Under the pieces are notes generated by a model, which was not told the DNA's origin, searched no databases, and saw only the letters and a list, made by a program, of their open reading frames with translations. A stretch of 64,000 nucleotides of DNA from Alphaproteobacteria bacterium (lineage in GTDB: Bacteria > Pseudomonadota > Alphaproteobacteria > SP197), in contig VGDP01000001.1 of NCBI GenBank assembly GCA_016869675.1, positions 18,801 through 82,800 on the forward strand. The letters run 5' to 3'. This document shows positions 38,812 through 48,923 of this stretch, piece by piece. The position numbers were made by a program, and so were the translations under genes. Positions within the stretch are counted from its first letter, which is position 1. Every line of letters begins with the position of its first letter.

Positions 38812-39711
38812 ATGAACGACCAGGCGACGGCACGGCAGCCTGCCGGCCCGGGCGCGGCGTCCCGACCCGGGCTCGCAGCCCGTACGTTGAAGGCGATCGG
38901 GCTCTTGCGGGAATCGAAGGCCGCGATCATCGGTGTCGGCTTGATCCTGTTCTGGGTTCTGCTGGCGCTGCTGGCGCCGGTGATCGCGCCCTACGACCCG
39001 CTCAAATCGAATTACGCCGCGCTCGCCAACCCCGGCATGTTGACTCCCGGCCACCTGCTGGGCACCGACCACCTCGGTCGCGACATGCTCTCGCGCATCA
39101 TGTGGGGCGCGCGCACGGTCTTGACGGTGACACCCGTGGCCATCCTCATCGCGTACGTGGTCGGCATCACGCTCGGCATGCTCGCGGGCTACTACCGCGG
39201 CTGGGTCGATACGCTGATCAGCCGCGTCTCCGACATCATCCTGTCGTTCCCGGTGCTGATCCTCTACATCATCCTGCTATCGACGGTCGGTCCTTCGGTC
39301 TTCAACATCATCGTCGCCGTAACCCTGGCGTTCGCGCCTGGCATCGGGCGCATCGTGCGCGGGCTGGTGCTGGATCTGCGCACCGCCGAGTACGTGGCGG
39401 CGGCGCAGATCCGGGGCGAGACAGGTCCCTTCATCATGATCGTCGAACTGCTGCCCAACGCGCGCGGGCCATTGATCGTCGATGCCTGCCTGCGCTTCGG
39501 CTATACGGTCATCACGATCGGTGTGCTCGGATTCCTCGGCCTTGGGCTGCCGCCACCCGACCCGGACTGGGGCGGCATGGTCAGCGAGACCACGGCGCTG
39601 ATCACGATCTTTCCGCATATGGCGCTGGTGCCGTCGATCGCGCTGTCCAGCCTGGTCATCGGGTTCAACCTGCTGGCCGACGGCCTGCGCGAAATCTCGA
39701 TGAGGGACTAG
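38812..39711 (+). CDS. ABC transporter permease (DppC/OppC type)
   Basis: 299 aa. Contains 'HLLGTDHLGRDMLSRIMWGAR' and 'YVAAAQIRGETGPFIMIVELLPN'. Confidence 0.88.
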   Translation: MNDQATARQPAGPGAASRPGLAARTLKAIGLLRESKAAIIGVGLILFWVLLALLAPVIAPYDPLKSNYAALANPGMLTPGHLLGTDHLGRDMLSRIMWGARTVLTVTPVAILIAYVVGITLGMLAGYYRGWVDTLISRVSDIILSFPVLILYIILLSTVGPSVFNIIVAVTLAFAPGIGRIVRGLVLDLRTAEYVAAAQIRGETGPFIMIVELLPNARGPLIVDACLRFGYTVITIGVLGFLGLGLPPPDPDWGGMVSETTALITIFPHMALVPSIALSSLVIGFNLLADGLREISMRD

Positions 39712-39714
39712 GAC

Positions 39715-41811
39715 ATGGCTGGTAGCGCGACGCCGACGTCCGACACGCCGGTCCTGCAGATCGAGAACCTGCGCGTGTCATACTTCATCCGCGCCGGCGA
39801 TATCCCGGCGGTCCTGGATTTCTCGCTGACGATCAAGGCCGGCGAAAGCTACGGTCTGGTCGGCGAATCGGGTTGCGGCAAGTCGACCGTGGCCATGGCG
39901 ATCATGCGCTACATGGGGATCGCCGGACGCGTGGTCGCGGGCCGCATCCTGTTCGAAGGGCGCGACATGGCGAGCCTCGGTGACGAGGAACTGCGCCGCA
40001 TCCGGGGCGGCAAGATCGCCATGGTGTACCAGGAGCCTTACAGCGCGCTGAACCCGTCGATGAACGTCGGCAGCCAGCTCATGGAAGTGCCCATGATCCA
40101 CGAGGGCGCGTCCGAGTGCGACGCTTACGACCGAGCGATCGAGGTGCTGCGCGACGTGCGCATGCCCGACCCGCAGACAGTGATGGACCGCTACCCGCAC
40201 CAGATCTCGGGCGGCCAGCAGCAGCGCGTGGTCATCGCCATGGCCCTCCTGTCCAACCCGTCGCTGCTGATCCTCGACGAGCCGACCACGGCGCTCGACG
40301 TCACGGTCGAGGCGGCGGTGCTGGACCTGATCGACGAGCTGAGGCGCAGCTACGGCGTGGCGCTGCTCTACATCTCGCACAACCTCGGCGTCATCCGGAG
40401 GGTGTGCGATCGCGTCGGGGTCATGTACTCGGGCGAGCTGATGGAGGAGGGCACCATCGCTGAGATGTTCGCCGCACCGCGCCACCCCTACACCATGGGG
40501 CTGTTCGGCTGCATCCCGACCGTCGGCGCCGAAAAGCACACGCGCGCCCTGCAGCCGATCCGTGGCCAGGTGTCGCTGCCGCACCAGCGGCTGCGGGGTT
40601 GCGTGTTCGGCCCGCGCTGCGACCACGCCCAGGCTGGGCGCTGCGATCAAGGCGAGATCCCGCTGGTCAGGACCGACGGCAGCGGCCACCAGGTGCGTTG
40701 CTTGCGCTGGAACGACATCGTTCCGTCCGTCGCGCGCGCCACCGGCCAGGCCGATCATGGCGCCGGCGACGAGGTCGTGCTCCATGTCGATGGCATGAGC
40801 AAGTTCTACGAGCTGCCCGAAAGGTCGCTGCGCGCGTTGCTGGGCGGCGGCGCGGTGCGGTACGTCAAGGCCAACGAGCGGATCAGTTTCGACGTGATCC
40901 GCGGGCGCACCATCGCGATCGTCGGCGAATCCGGGTGCGGCAAGTCGACGTTCGCGAAGGTACTGACGGGCCTGGAGACGGCGACCGAGGGTTCGATCGA
41001 ACTGCATGGTCGCAACATCGCGACGATCCCGGTGCAGCAGCGCTCGTCCGAGTTGATCCGTACGCTGCAGATGGTCTTCCAGAACCCGGACGGCACCTTG
41101 AACCCCAGCCACAGCGTGGGCTGGGCCATCGGCCGCGTGGTGCGCAAGTTCGGGCTGGCCAAGGACGCCGACAAGGTACGCGCCCGCGTCGAGGAGATGC
41201 TGGATATCGTGCGGCTTCCGGCGGTTTTCGCCTCACGCAAGCCGCGGCAGCTTTCGGGCGGCCAGAAGCAGCGCATCGCGGTGGCGCGCGCCTTCGCCGG
41301 CAAGCCCAACATCGTGATCGCCGACGAGCCCGTCTCGGCGCTTGACGTCTCGGTCCAGGCGGCCGTGATCAACCTGCTGATGGACGTGCAGGAGAAGTTC
41401 GGCACGACGCTCCTGTTCATCAGCCACGACCTGAGCGTCGTGCGCTACCTGTCGGACCACATCGTCGTCATGTACCTGGGCCAGGTGATGGAGATGGGCC
41501 CGGCCGAGGCGGTCTTCCGACCGCCCTACCACCCGTACACCGAGGCCCTGCTGTCGGCGGTGCCGGTGGCCGACCCCACCATTGAGCAGACCCACATCCG
41601 CCTCACGGGCGAGATGCCCAGCATCATCGATCCGCCCAGGGGCTGCCGGTTCTGCACCCGGTGCCCGCGGCGCATCGGCGAGATCTGCGACACCGTGGTG
41701 CCGCCCGAGCAGGAGCCGGTGCCGGGCCACCGCATCCGCTGCCACATCCCGCTCGAGGACCTGCGCAAGATCCCGCCGGTGTTCACCCGGGTCGCGGCCG
41801 CCGCGGAGTAG
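39715..41811 (+). CDS. ABC transporter ATP-binding protein, fused tandem ATPase (DppD-DppF type)
   Basis: 698 aa with two Walker A sites (GESGCGKST twice) and two signature motifs ([16 protein letters not shown]). Confidence 0.9.
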   Translation: MAGSATPTSDTPVLQIENLRVSYFIRAGDIPAVLDFSLTIKAGESYGLVGESGCGKSTVAMAIMRYMGIAGRVVAGRILFEGRDMASLGDEELRRIRGGKIAMVYQEPYSALNPSMNVGSQLMEVPMIHEGASECDAYDRAIEVLRDVRMPDPQTVMDRYPHQISGGQQQRVVIAMALLSNPSLLILDEPTTALDVTVEAAVLDLIDELRRSYGVALLYISHNLGVIRRVCDRVGVMYSGELMEEGTIAEMFAAPRHPYTMGLFGCIPTVGAEKHTRALQPIRGQVSLPHQRLRGCVFGPRCDHAQAGRCDQGEIPLVRTDGSGHQVRCLRWNDIVPSVARATGQADHGAGDEVVLHVDGMSKFYELPERSLRALLGGGAVRYVKANERISFDVIRGRTIAIVGESGCGKSTFAKVLTGLETATEGSIELHGRNIATIPVQQRSSELIRTLQMVFQNPDGTLNPSHSVGWAIGRVVRKFGLAKDADKVRARVEEMLDIVRLPAVFASRKPRQLSGGQKQRIAVARAFAGKPNIVIADEPVSALDVSVQAAVINLLMDVQEKFGTTLLFISHDLSVVRYLSDHIVVMYLGQVMEMGPAEAVFRPPYHPYTEALLSAVPVADPTIEQTHIRLTGEMPSIIDPPRGCRFCTRCPRRIGEICDTVVPPEQEPVPGHRIRCHIPLEDLRKIPPVFTRVAAAAE

Positions 41812-41825
41812 GCGCGGCCCGCGGC

Positions 41826-42437
41826 CTATTCGGCGGCCGGCTGCGCGGGCCGCAGCAAGGCGACCAGGGTGAGCTGGTCGGGCAGGCCGGTGACCTGCAG
41901 TTGCCGCGCGCTCTGGAACGCCTCGATGGCGCTCTGGCTCATCGGGCCGAACTGACCGTCGACCGTGCCGGAGTAGAACCCGGCGTCCACCAGGGCCTGC
42001 TGCACCTTCATCATGGTGTCCTGGTAGAGCTTGACCGACTGCCCGTTGGCGCTGGCCTCGATGACCGGCGACGGCGCGGCGAGGCGCGTTTCCTTCAGCT
42101 TCTTGGCCATGGCGACGACCATGCCGACGAACTGTTCGTCGGGGCGCTCCTTGCAATTGCGCTCGATCAACGCCATCAGCAGGCCCGTCGTCTCCCACGG
42201 GGTCAGATCATAGCTGTCGGGAGAATAGGCATTGATCGCCGTAAGATAGCCGTCGACCCAGCCACCGAACATGAAGTAATAGTTTGATTCTTTGGCGCGT
42301 TCCTCGATGTATTTCGAACAGGACCACGTACCGATGCCATCCACGGCGAAGCTGCCCGCCTGATCGGCGGCAAGGGCGGGGCCGCCGAGGCCGGCCAAGG
42401 CGGCGGCGACAAGTCCGGCGAGAGCGAAGCGTCTCAT
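41826..42437 (-). CDS. secreted protein with C-terminal peptidoglycan-binding (PG_binding_1-like) domain
   Basis: Signal peptide 'MRRFALAGLVAAALAGLGGPALA'. C-terminal 'VQQALVDAGFYSGTVDGQFGPMSQSAIEAFQSARQLQVTG'. Confidence 0.7.
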   Translation of the reverse strand: MRRFALAGLVAAALAGLGGPALAADQAGSFAVDGIGTWSCSKYIEERAKESNYYFMFGGWVDGYLTAINAYSPDSYDLTPWETTGLLMALIERNCKERPDEQFVGMVVAMAKKLKETRLAAPSPVIEASANGQSVKLYQDTMMKVQQALVDAGFYSGTVDGQFGPMSQSAIEAFQSARQLQVTGLPDQLTLVALLRPAQPAAE

Positions 42438-42539
42438 GCGAGCGGTACCTCGGGAAACGGTTGTGGGGGCCGGCGCCGAGTCCTACAGAACCAGCCCTTG
42501 GCCGTCCACGTCACGATGTCGTGAAGGAAACGCGGCAGA

Positions 42540-42614
42540 TGGTGCCGCAGGAGGGATTTGAACCCCCGACCCGCGCATTACGAATGCGCTGCTCTACCAC
42601 TGAGCTACTGCGGC
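42540..42614 (-). tRNA. tRNA-Thr (anticodon CGU)
   Basis: 75-nt cloverleaf on the minus strand. Acceptor stem GCCGCAG/CTGCGGC, anticodon loop TTCGTAA, T-loop GGTTCAAATCC, encoded CCA. Confidence 0.92.
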
Positions 42615-42730
42615 GCCGGCGCGGCCGCAAGCTAGCCGTGGCCCGCCATGGCGTCAACCGATGGGCCGGCTCAGGGCGAATGGATATCGTTCGACGTGCG
42701 CGACATTGGTTTCTCCGCGGCACGCTCGCT

Positions 42731-42982
42731 CTACAGCCGTTCGAAGGCCAGGTCCGGCATGGGTAAGGGCGCGCCCTGAGCGACCTCTCGGTCGACGCTC
42801 GCCGCGATGTCCTCGCAATAGGCCTCGAGCGCCTCGTCCATGGCGGCGCCCAGCGCGAGAACCTGGTGCTCGCAGTCGGGCGCGGGTATGCGCCGGGCCT
42901 CCCGCGCCAGGCCCTCGATCAGCCCCTCCAGCCGCGCCACCTGGTACCGGCGCCAGCGGTTCAAGACGGTCCGGTGCGACAT
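42731..42982 (-). CDS. hypothetical small protein (83 aa)
   Basis: ATG at 42982 preceded by GGAGGGGAA. 'MSHRTVLNRWRRYQVARLEGLIEGLAREARR...' has no recognisable family. Confidence 0.5.
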   Translation of the reverse strand: MSHRTVLNRWRRYQVARLEGLIEGLAREARRIPAPDCEHQVLALGAAMDEALEAYCEDIAASVDREVAQGAPLPMPDLAFERL

Positions 42983-43133
42983 GGTTCCCCTCCACGCGGC
43001 GGACCGTGTCGTTCCGGTGCCGCTTCGAAGCAGGAAACGTCGCGCGCACCGATTTTTTCCATCGCGATGGCGCGGCGCGATTGCCGAGCCACCCCTGGCT
43101 GAGCACAATGCGCGGCCCCGGAGCCACGCCCCC

Positions 43134-44093
43134 TTGTCCAGCACCAACTCGTCGACCGTCGAACCGCGCCAGACGCGGCGTCGCGCCCAATGGCTGGGCG
43201 TCCTGTGCCTGTGCACGGGCGTCGCGACGTTCTCGCTGCAGGACATCGTCATCAAGATGACCTCGGGGTCCTATCCGGTGCACCAGGTCATGGTCATCCG
43301 CAGCTTGGTCGCGGCGCCCTTGCTGCTGTTCCTGATTCACATGGAGGCGGGCATCCGCAGCCTGGTGACGCCGCGCGCGCGCTTGCTGGCACTGCGCGGG
43401 GCGACGCTGATCGTGTCCTACGGCGCCTACTACCTCGCGTTTCCGGCCATGCCGTTGGCCGCGGCCGTGTCGTTGTGGTTCGTGGCGCCGCTCGCCATCA
43501 CCGCGATCGCTGGGATCATGCTGGGGGAAGGGGTCGGACTGGGCCGCTGGCTCGCCGTCGCCGTGGGGTTCGCCGGGGTTCTGGTCATCATGCGGCCAGG
43601 CGCCGGGGTAATGGACGCGGCGGCGATCCTGCCGGTTGCGGCCGCCGTGACCTACGCGTTCGCACAGGTGATGGCGCGGCGGCTCGGGGTTACCGAGCGG
43701 GCCTCGGTCATGGGCTTCTACCAGAACGGCGCCTTCTTCGTCGGCGCTGTGGTTCTCTCGCTGGTCTTCGGCACCGGGGCTTTCGCCGGGGCGAGCCACC
43801 CCAGCATGGCGTTTCTGACCCGCGCCTGGGCCGTGCCGGACTGGATCGACCTGCTTCTGCTCGCCGCCTGCGGCCCGATCGCCGCGCTGGGCGTCGTGCT
43901 TCTCAGCAACGCCTACCGCATCGCCGAGGCGAGCCGAGTCGCGCCCTTCGAGTACACGGGCCTAATCTGGGGCGTGCTGTGGGGCTATGTCTTCTGGTCC
44001 GAGATACCGGCCTGGACGACGATCGCCGGCATAGCTCTGCTGCTTGGCGCCGGGCTCTATGTCATGCGGTCACGCGATGGTGCCAACGCGTGA
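43134..44093 (+). CDS. DMT-superfamily (EamA-like) transporter
   Basis: Tail of ORF 42840..44093. About ten TM segments start at 'AQWLGVLCLCTGVATFSLQDIVIK'. The start is uncertain; the TTG at 43134 is proposed. Confidence 0.75.
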   Translation: MSSTNSSTVEPRQTRRRAQWLGVLCLCTGVATFSLQDIVIKMTSGSYPVHQVMVIRSLVAAPLLLFLIHMEAGIRSLVTPRARLLALRGATLIVSYGAYYLAFPAMPLAAAVSLWFVAPLAITAIAGIMLGEGVGLGRWLAVAVGFAGVLVIMRPGAGVMDAAAILPVAAAVTYAFAQVMARRLGVTERASVMGFYQNGAFFVGAVVLSLVFGTGAFAGASHPSMAFLTRAWAVPDWIDLLLLAACGPIAALGVVLLSNAYRIAEASRVAPFEYTGLIWGVLWGYVFWSEIPAWTTIAGIALLLGAGLYVMRSRDGANA

Positions 44094-45012
44094 CGGATCG
44101 GACGGGGCGGCAGCTGGCCGGCATCGTGTGTCTGTGCGCGGGCGTGGCGGCATTCTCGCTACAGGACATCCTGGTCAAGTGGCTGTCCGGCAGCTACCCG
44201 ATCCACCAGGTCATCGTCATTCGCAGCCTCGTCGCGCTGCCGCTCCTCCTGATCTTCGTGCACTACGAGGCCGGGATCCTGGCCCTGCGGGCCCGCCGGC
44301 CCGGCATGCTGGCCCTGCGCGGCGCGATCCTGCTTGCCTGCTATACGACCTTCTATCTGTCCGTCGCGGGGCTGCCGCTGGCCACCCCGGTCGCGCTCAG
44401 CTTCTTCTCGCCCTTGTTCATCGCGGCACTCGCCTGGCCCATGCTGGGCGAACGGGTCGGCATCAGGCGGCTTCTCTCCATTGTGGTCGGCTTCGCGAGC
44501 GTTCTGGTGGTGTGCGCCCGAGCGACGGCGTGTTCGAGCCGGCCGCGGGCCTGGCGGTGCTCAGCGCGGCGTTCTACGCGGTGGGCTAGGTGCTGTCGCG
44601 CCGCCTGGGCGTCTTCGCGCCATCCTCGGTCATGGCGCTCTACCAGAACTGCGTGTTCATCGCGGGCGGCGCGCTCAAGGCGGCGGTCGTCGGCACGGGT
44701 GTCCTGGGCAGCAGCGACCACCCCAGCGCCGCCTTCCTGCTGCGCTCCTGGGTCCTGCCGCCGTTGACCGATGCGATGCTTTTGCTCGGTGGCGGGATCG
44801 TCGCGGGCACTGGTGCCTGGCTGCTGACGCGCGCGTACGCCATGACCGAGGTCAACACGGTAGCGCCGTTCGATTACACGGCGCTCGCCTGGGGCACGCT
44901 GTGGGGCTAGGTGATCTGGAGCGAGGTCCCCGACGTCTGGGTGCTCGCCGGCATCGCGTTGGTCCTGGGCTCGAGCCTCTACGTCCTGCGCGCTCGCCCG
45001 TCGGAACCCTGA
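44090..45012 (+). pseudogene. tandem DMT/EamA paralogue with one frameshift and two in-frame TAG codons
   Basis: GTG at 44090 overlaps the upstream stop (GTGA). The frame changes near 44513, where one base is missing relative to 'VLVIMRP' in the paralogue. TAG at 44587-44589 aligns to Q of the paralogue. TAG at 44908-44910 aligns to Y. Confidence 0.78.
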
Positions 45013-45900
45013 TCAGCCGGCGACGTCGACCACGGCGCGGCGGATTACGAAGTCGCCGCCCGGGTTCGTGATCGCCAGGCCGCTGAACGGATCGCGGAAG
45101 ATCTGATCGGTCACGGTGAACAGCTTCGCGCCGTCCAGGCTGACCGCCATGGCGCCGCTGGCCTGACGCGTCCATGTCAGAATGTGGCGCTTGCGATCCT
45201 CCAGCGACTTGCCCAGCAGATGGGTCGCCAGCATGGCCTGCTCGCCCTTCTTGAGCGCGACGAACTGGATCGCCGGTTGGCTGCCCGACACGTAGAAGAG
45301 CCGGTGACCGCCCAACACGTCGGTCCCAACGATGGGGCCGAAGGCAATTCGGCCGCCCGCCACCAGCGAGCCGAACTCGACCTCGATCTTGAACGGGTTC
45401 CCGAAACGGACCTTGGAGTAGACCGTGGCCGGCGCGCCGGCCGCGGTCGATCCCTGCTGGTTCGCCATCTGGCCGAGAATCGCCTGCAGCAGGATCGCGG
45501 CGGCGTCCTGGCCGCTGCCGCTGGACGTAGTGCCGCCGGCGATCGCCACGGTCGAGCGCAGCCCGAACGCCGGATCGACCGAGAACTTGCCCAACGCGAC
45601 AGTTCACGCCGGAGCGGCGGTGAAATCGCCGTCGCGGAACTCGTCGCTGAACAGCGCTGGTTTGGCCGGGGCGACGGCCGCGCGGTTGTACGTGTCGATC
45701 AGCTTGCGCAGGTCCTTGATGAAGTTCGGATCGGCCGCGCGTGCCTGGTCGGCTTTGTCCACCAGGGCCCTCAGTTCATCCACCATCTTCTGCAGGTCGT
45801 CGCCGGGCGGCGACTAGGGCTGATAGGTCGTCGTCTGCGCCAGGGCGGGCGCGGCGGCCAGAAAGGCGATAGCGACAAGGGCAAGGATCGGTTTACGCAT
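45013..45900 (-). pseudogene. secreted hypothetical protein interrupted by in-frame TAG and TGA
   Basis: One frame throughout. Signal peptide 'MRKPILALVAIAFLAAAPALA', TAG (45814-45816), 'SPPGDDLQKMVDELRAL...', TGA (45604-45606), then 'TVALGKFSVDP...' to the end. Confidence 0.65.
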
Positions 45901-45970
45901 GATAAACACATAGCCCAGCCGTGCTGAAGGCGCCAGAGCCTGCGACTACGGATCGGGAGAGGGACCTGCC

Positions 45971-46411
45971 ATGAAACGACGCACCGGTGAACCCTGGATG
46001 CCGGCGGACGCCTACGGGCGGTCGCTCAAGGGTTTCGGCGTCAATCTGATCGTACGCGACGTGGCCAAGGCGCTGGGCTTCTACACGCAGGTCTTGGGCG
46101 CGACCAAGGTCTACGCCGACGCGGACTTTGCCGTGCTGCGCCTAGGCCTGGTGGAATGGATGATCCACGCCGACCATACGTACGCCAAGCATCCTTTGTT
46201 CGAGGCGCTCAGGGATGATCTGCCGCGCGGGCTCGGCGCCGAACTGCGCCTGCACGACGCCGACCCCGACGGCTGCGAGGCCCGGGCGCACGCCCTTGGC
46301 CATACCGTGCTTGCCGCCAGCGCCGACAAGCCGCACGGCTTGCGGGAATGCTACCTGCTGGACCCGGACGGGTACCTATGGGTTCCCGACGCCCCCAAGG
46401 CGGCGTCGTAA
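45971..46411 (+). CDS. VOC (glyoxalase/bleomycin-resistance) family protein
   Basis: 146 aa. 'GVNLIVRDVAKALGFYTQVLGA...' and 'RECYLLDPDGYLW' are typical of the fold. Confidence 0.78.
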   Translation: MKRRTGEPWMPADAYGRSLKGFGVNLIVRDVAKALGFYTQVLGATKVYADADFAVLRLGLVEWMIHADHTYAKHPLFEALRDDLPRGLGAELRLHDADPDGCEARAHALGHTVLAASADKPHGLRECYLLDPDGYLWVPDAPKAAS

Positions 46412-46467
46412 GGCTCGCGCGCCGGCCGACTCGGCACTAGGGTGCCGCGATTCAGCGAGGCCCTGGA

Positions 46468-47262
46468 ATGCGTGTTCTGCTCAGCAACGATGACGGGATC
46501 GGCGCGCCCGGATTCGCCGTGCTCGAGGCGATCGCGCGCAAGCTGACCAAGGACATCTGGGTCGTCGCGCCCGAGACCGAGCAGAGCGGCGCCAGCCACT
46601 CGTTGACCCTGCACCGCCCCTTGCGGGTCCGCCAGGTCCGCCGGCGCCGCTTCGCCGTGGACGGCACGCCCACGGACTGCGTGCTTCTGGCGCTCAACAC
46701 CCTCATGAAGGACAACCGGCCCGACCTGGTGCTGTCCGGCGTCAACCGGGGCATGAACGCGGCCGACGACGTGACCTATTCGGGCACCGTCGCGGTCGCC
46801 ATGGAGGCGACGCTCTTGGGCGTGCCGGCCATCGCCTTCAGCCAGGATTTCACCAACCGCGTCCATTGGTCGACCGCCGAGACCCATGCGCCGCTGCTGG
46901 TGTGCCGCCTGCTCGCGGTGGGCTGGCCCAAGGACGTGCTGATCAACGTGAACTTCCCCGATGTCGTGCCCACGGCGGTCACTGGGGTCGAAATCGCCCG
47001 CCAGGGCCGCTACATGTTTGGCGACGCGGTGACCGAACGTCAGGATCCGCGCGGCCGGCCCTACTTCTGGATCGGTGCCGAGAACAGCGACACCGATCCG
47101 ACGATGCGAGCACGGGAACGACGGCGTGGGACCGATTTGTGGGCGCTGAGCCGGGGAGCGATCTCGGTCACCGCCGTCTCGCTCGACCTGACCCACCGCG
47201 CGACACAACGCCGGCTCGAGGAAGCCTTCGCCCGATGCTCGACATCGCGCGCCTCCGCCTGA
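46468..47262 (+). CDS. surE: 5'/3'-nucleotidase SurE
   Basis: Contains 'MRVLLSNDDGIGAPGF', 'GVNRGMNAADDVTYSGTVAVAMEA'. Confidence 0.93.
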   Translation: MRVLLSNDDGIGAPGFAVLEAIARKLTKDIWVVAPETEQSGASHSLTLHRPLRVRQVRRRRFAVDGTPTDCVLLALNTLMKDNRPDLVLSGVNRGMNAADDVTYSGTVAVAMEATLLGVPAIAFSQDFTNRVHWSTAETHAPLLVCRLLAVGWPKDVLINVNFPDVVPTAVTGVEIARQGRYMFGDAVTERQDPRGRPYFWIGAENSDTDPTMRARERRRGTDLWALSRGAISVTAVSLDLTHRATQRRLEEAFARCSTSRASA

Positions 47263-47870
47263 CCATGGAACTGCGCGGCTCCGGCGTCACCGACGCGCGG
47301 GCGTTGGGCGCCATCGAGAAGACGCCGCGCGAGGCTTTCGTGCCCGAGCACCTGCACGACCAGGCGTACGAGAACGTCGCCCTGCCCATCGACTGCGGTC
47401 AGACCATCAGCCAGCCCCTGGTCGTCGCCTTGATGACCCAGGCGCTCGACGTGGGCGAGCGCATGACGGTGCTCGAGATCGGCACCGGCTCGGGCTACCA
47501 GGCGGCGGTGCTGGCGCACCTGTGCCGACGCGTCTACACCATCGAACGCCACGCGGAACTGCACCGCGTGGCGATCCGGCGCTTCGCGGCGCTCAGGCTC
47601 AACACCATCGTGGCGCGCTGCGGCAACGGCGCCAAGGGGTGGCCCGAAGCGGCGCCGTTCGATCGCATCATCGTCACATGCGCCGCACCGGTGGTGCCCG
47701 ATACCCTGGTCGACCAGTTGCGCGACGACGGCGTCCTGGTCCTGCCGGTCGGCGCGGTGGACCGGACCCAGGAACTGGTGCGCATCCGCCGCACGGGCAC
47801 CTCGACGACAACCGAACGCCTGGGCGGCGTGCGCTTCGTTCCGCTGGTCCCGTCCGAGGGCAAGCCATGA
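47235..47870 (+). CDS. pcm: protein-L-isoaspartate O-methyltransferase
   Basis: Contains 'QTISQPLVVALMTQAL' and 'VLEIGTGSGYQAAVLA'. ATG at 47235 overlaps the end of surE. Confidence 0.92.
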   Translation: MLDIARLRLTMELRGSGVTDARALGAIEKTPREAFVPEHLHDQAYENVALPIDCGQTISQPLVVALMTQALDVGERMTVLEIGTGSGYQAAVLAHLCRRVYTIERHAELHRVAIRRFAALRLNTIVARCGNGAKGWPEAAPFDRIIVTCAAPVVPDTLVDQLRDDGVLVLPVGAVDRTQELVRIRRTGTSTTTERLGGVRFVPLVPSEGKP

Positions 47871-48916
47871 AACGCGCGGCGATCCTTCTGGCCCTGTGGC
47901 TCGGTGCGTGCGGCGGCTTCCGCGAGGAACCGCCGCCCGCGACCGGGACCGCGACCACGGGAGGCGAGGTGCCCCAGGCCGCCGCGGCCGATCTGCCGCC
48001 GCCGGTGCCCGTGGCGAAGCCCGGCGACGAGCTGGGTGGCACCATTGTGGTCGCGCCGGGCGACACGCTCTACGCCATCGCGCGGCGGCATGGGGTCTCC
48101 ATGCGTGGGCTCATCGAGCTGAACGGGCTCGCCGCGCCCTACGTGCTCAAGGTCGGGCAGACCCTGCGCCTGCCCGAGGAGTACTTCCACCGGGTCGCGG
48201 CCGGCGACACGCTGTCCGAGATCGCGCGCCACTACGGCGTGTCGCTGCGGGCGCTCGCCACGGCGAACGACCTCGCCGACCCTTATATCGTGAAGGTCGG
48301 CCAACGCCTGCGCCTGCCGACGGCGGGCACGATCGCCGCGGCGGAACCGGACGTGTCCTTCACGATCGAGCCGGCGGTCGTCGCCGTCGAGCCGGTGGCC
48401 GGGACCGCTGAACCGGAGCCGGTGGTGCTGACGGCGCCGGAGCCCGAACCGGCGGCCGCGACGACCGAGGTCGTTCCCACGCCGGAGCCCGAACCCGTCG
48501 TGGTCGCCGCCGTGCCGCAGCCTGAACCGCGCGCCGAAGACCTGTTCGCCTGGCCGGTCCAAGGACCGATCCTGTCGTCGTTCGGGTCCAAGCCCGGCGG
48601 CCTCAACAACGACGGCATCAACATCGGCGCCTCGCGCGGCACGCCCGTGGTCGCGGCCGAGAACGGGGTGGTGGTCTACGCCGGCAACGAGATCCCCGGG
48701 TTCGGCAACCTGATCCTGATCCGCCACGCCGACGGCTGGGCCACCGCCTACGCCCACAACGACAAGCTGCTGGTCGCCAAGGGCGACAGCGTGGCGCGTG
48801 GACAGCCGATCGCCCGGGTCGGCTCGACCGGCAGTGTCTCGGAGCCCCAGAGCCACTTCGAGATCCGCAAAGGCAATGAGCCGGTCGATCCGCTCAAGTA
48901 CTTGAGCGCACGCTGA
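47867..48916 (+). CDS. LysM-domain M23 metallopeptidase lipoprotein (NlpD-like)
   Basis: Lipobox 'LWLGACGG', two LysM repeats ('GDTLYAIARRHGVS', 'GDTLSEIARHYGVS') and the M23 motif 'GFGNLILIRHADGWATAYAHN'. ATGA overlap with pcm. Confidence 0.88.
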   Translation: MKRAAILLALWLGACGGFREEPPPATGTATTGGEVPQAAAADLPPPVPVAKPGDELGGTIVVAPGDTLYAIARRHGVSMRGLIELNGLAAPYVLKVGQTLRLPEEYFHRVAAGDTLSEIARHYGVSLRALATANDLADPYIVKVGQRLRLPTAGTIAAAEPDVSFTIEPAVVAVEPVAGTAEPEPVVLTAPEPEPAAATTEVVPTPEPEPVVVAAVPQPEPRAEDLFAWPVQGPILSSFGSKPGGLNNDGINIGASRGTPVVAAENGVVVYAGNEIPGFGNLILIRHADGWATAYAHNDKLLVAKGDSVARGQPIARVGSTGSVSEPQSHFEIRKGNEPVDPLKYLSAR

Positions 48917-48923
48917 CGCCGCG

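Noticed and set aside
42437-42731. tRNA-Thr as the anchor of a second island covering the broken DMT and secreted-protein genes.
   Set aside because: The tRNA is on the minus strand, so its 3' end faces away from the pseudogene block (43-46 kb). No mobility genes or repeats were seen, and the composition looks like the surrounding chromosome.
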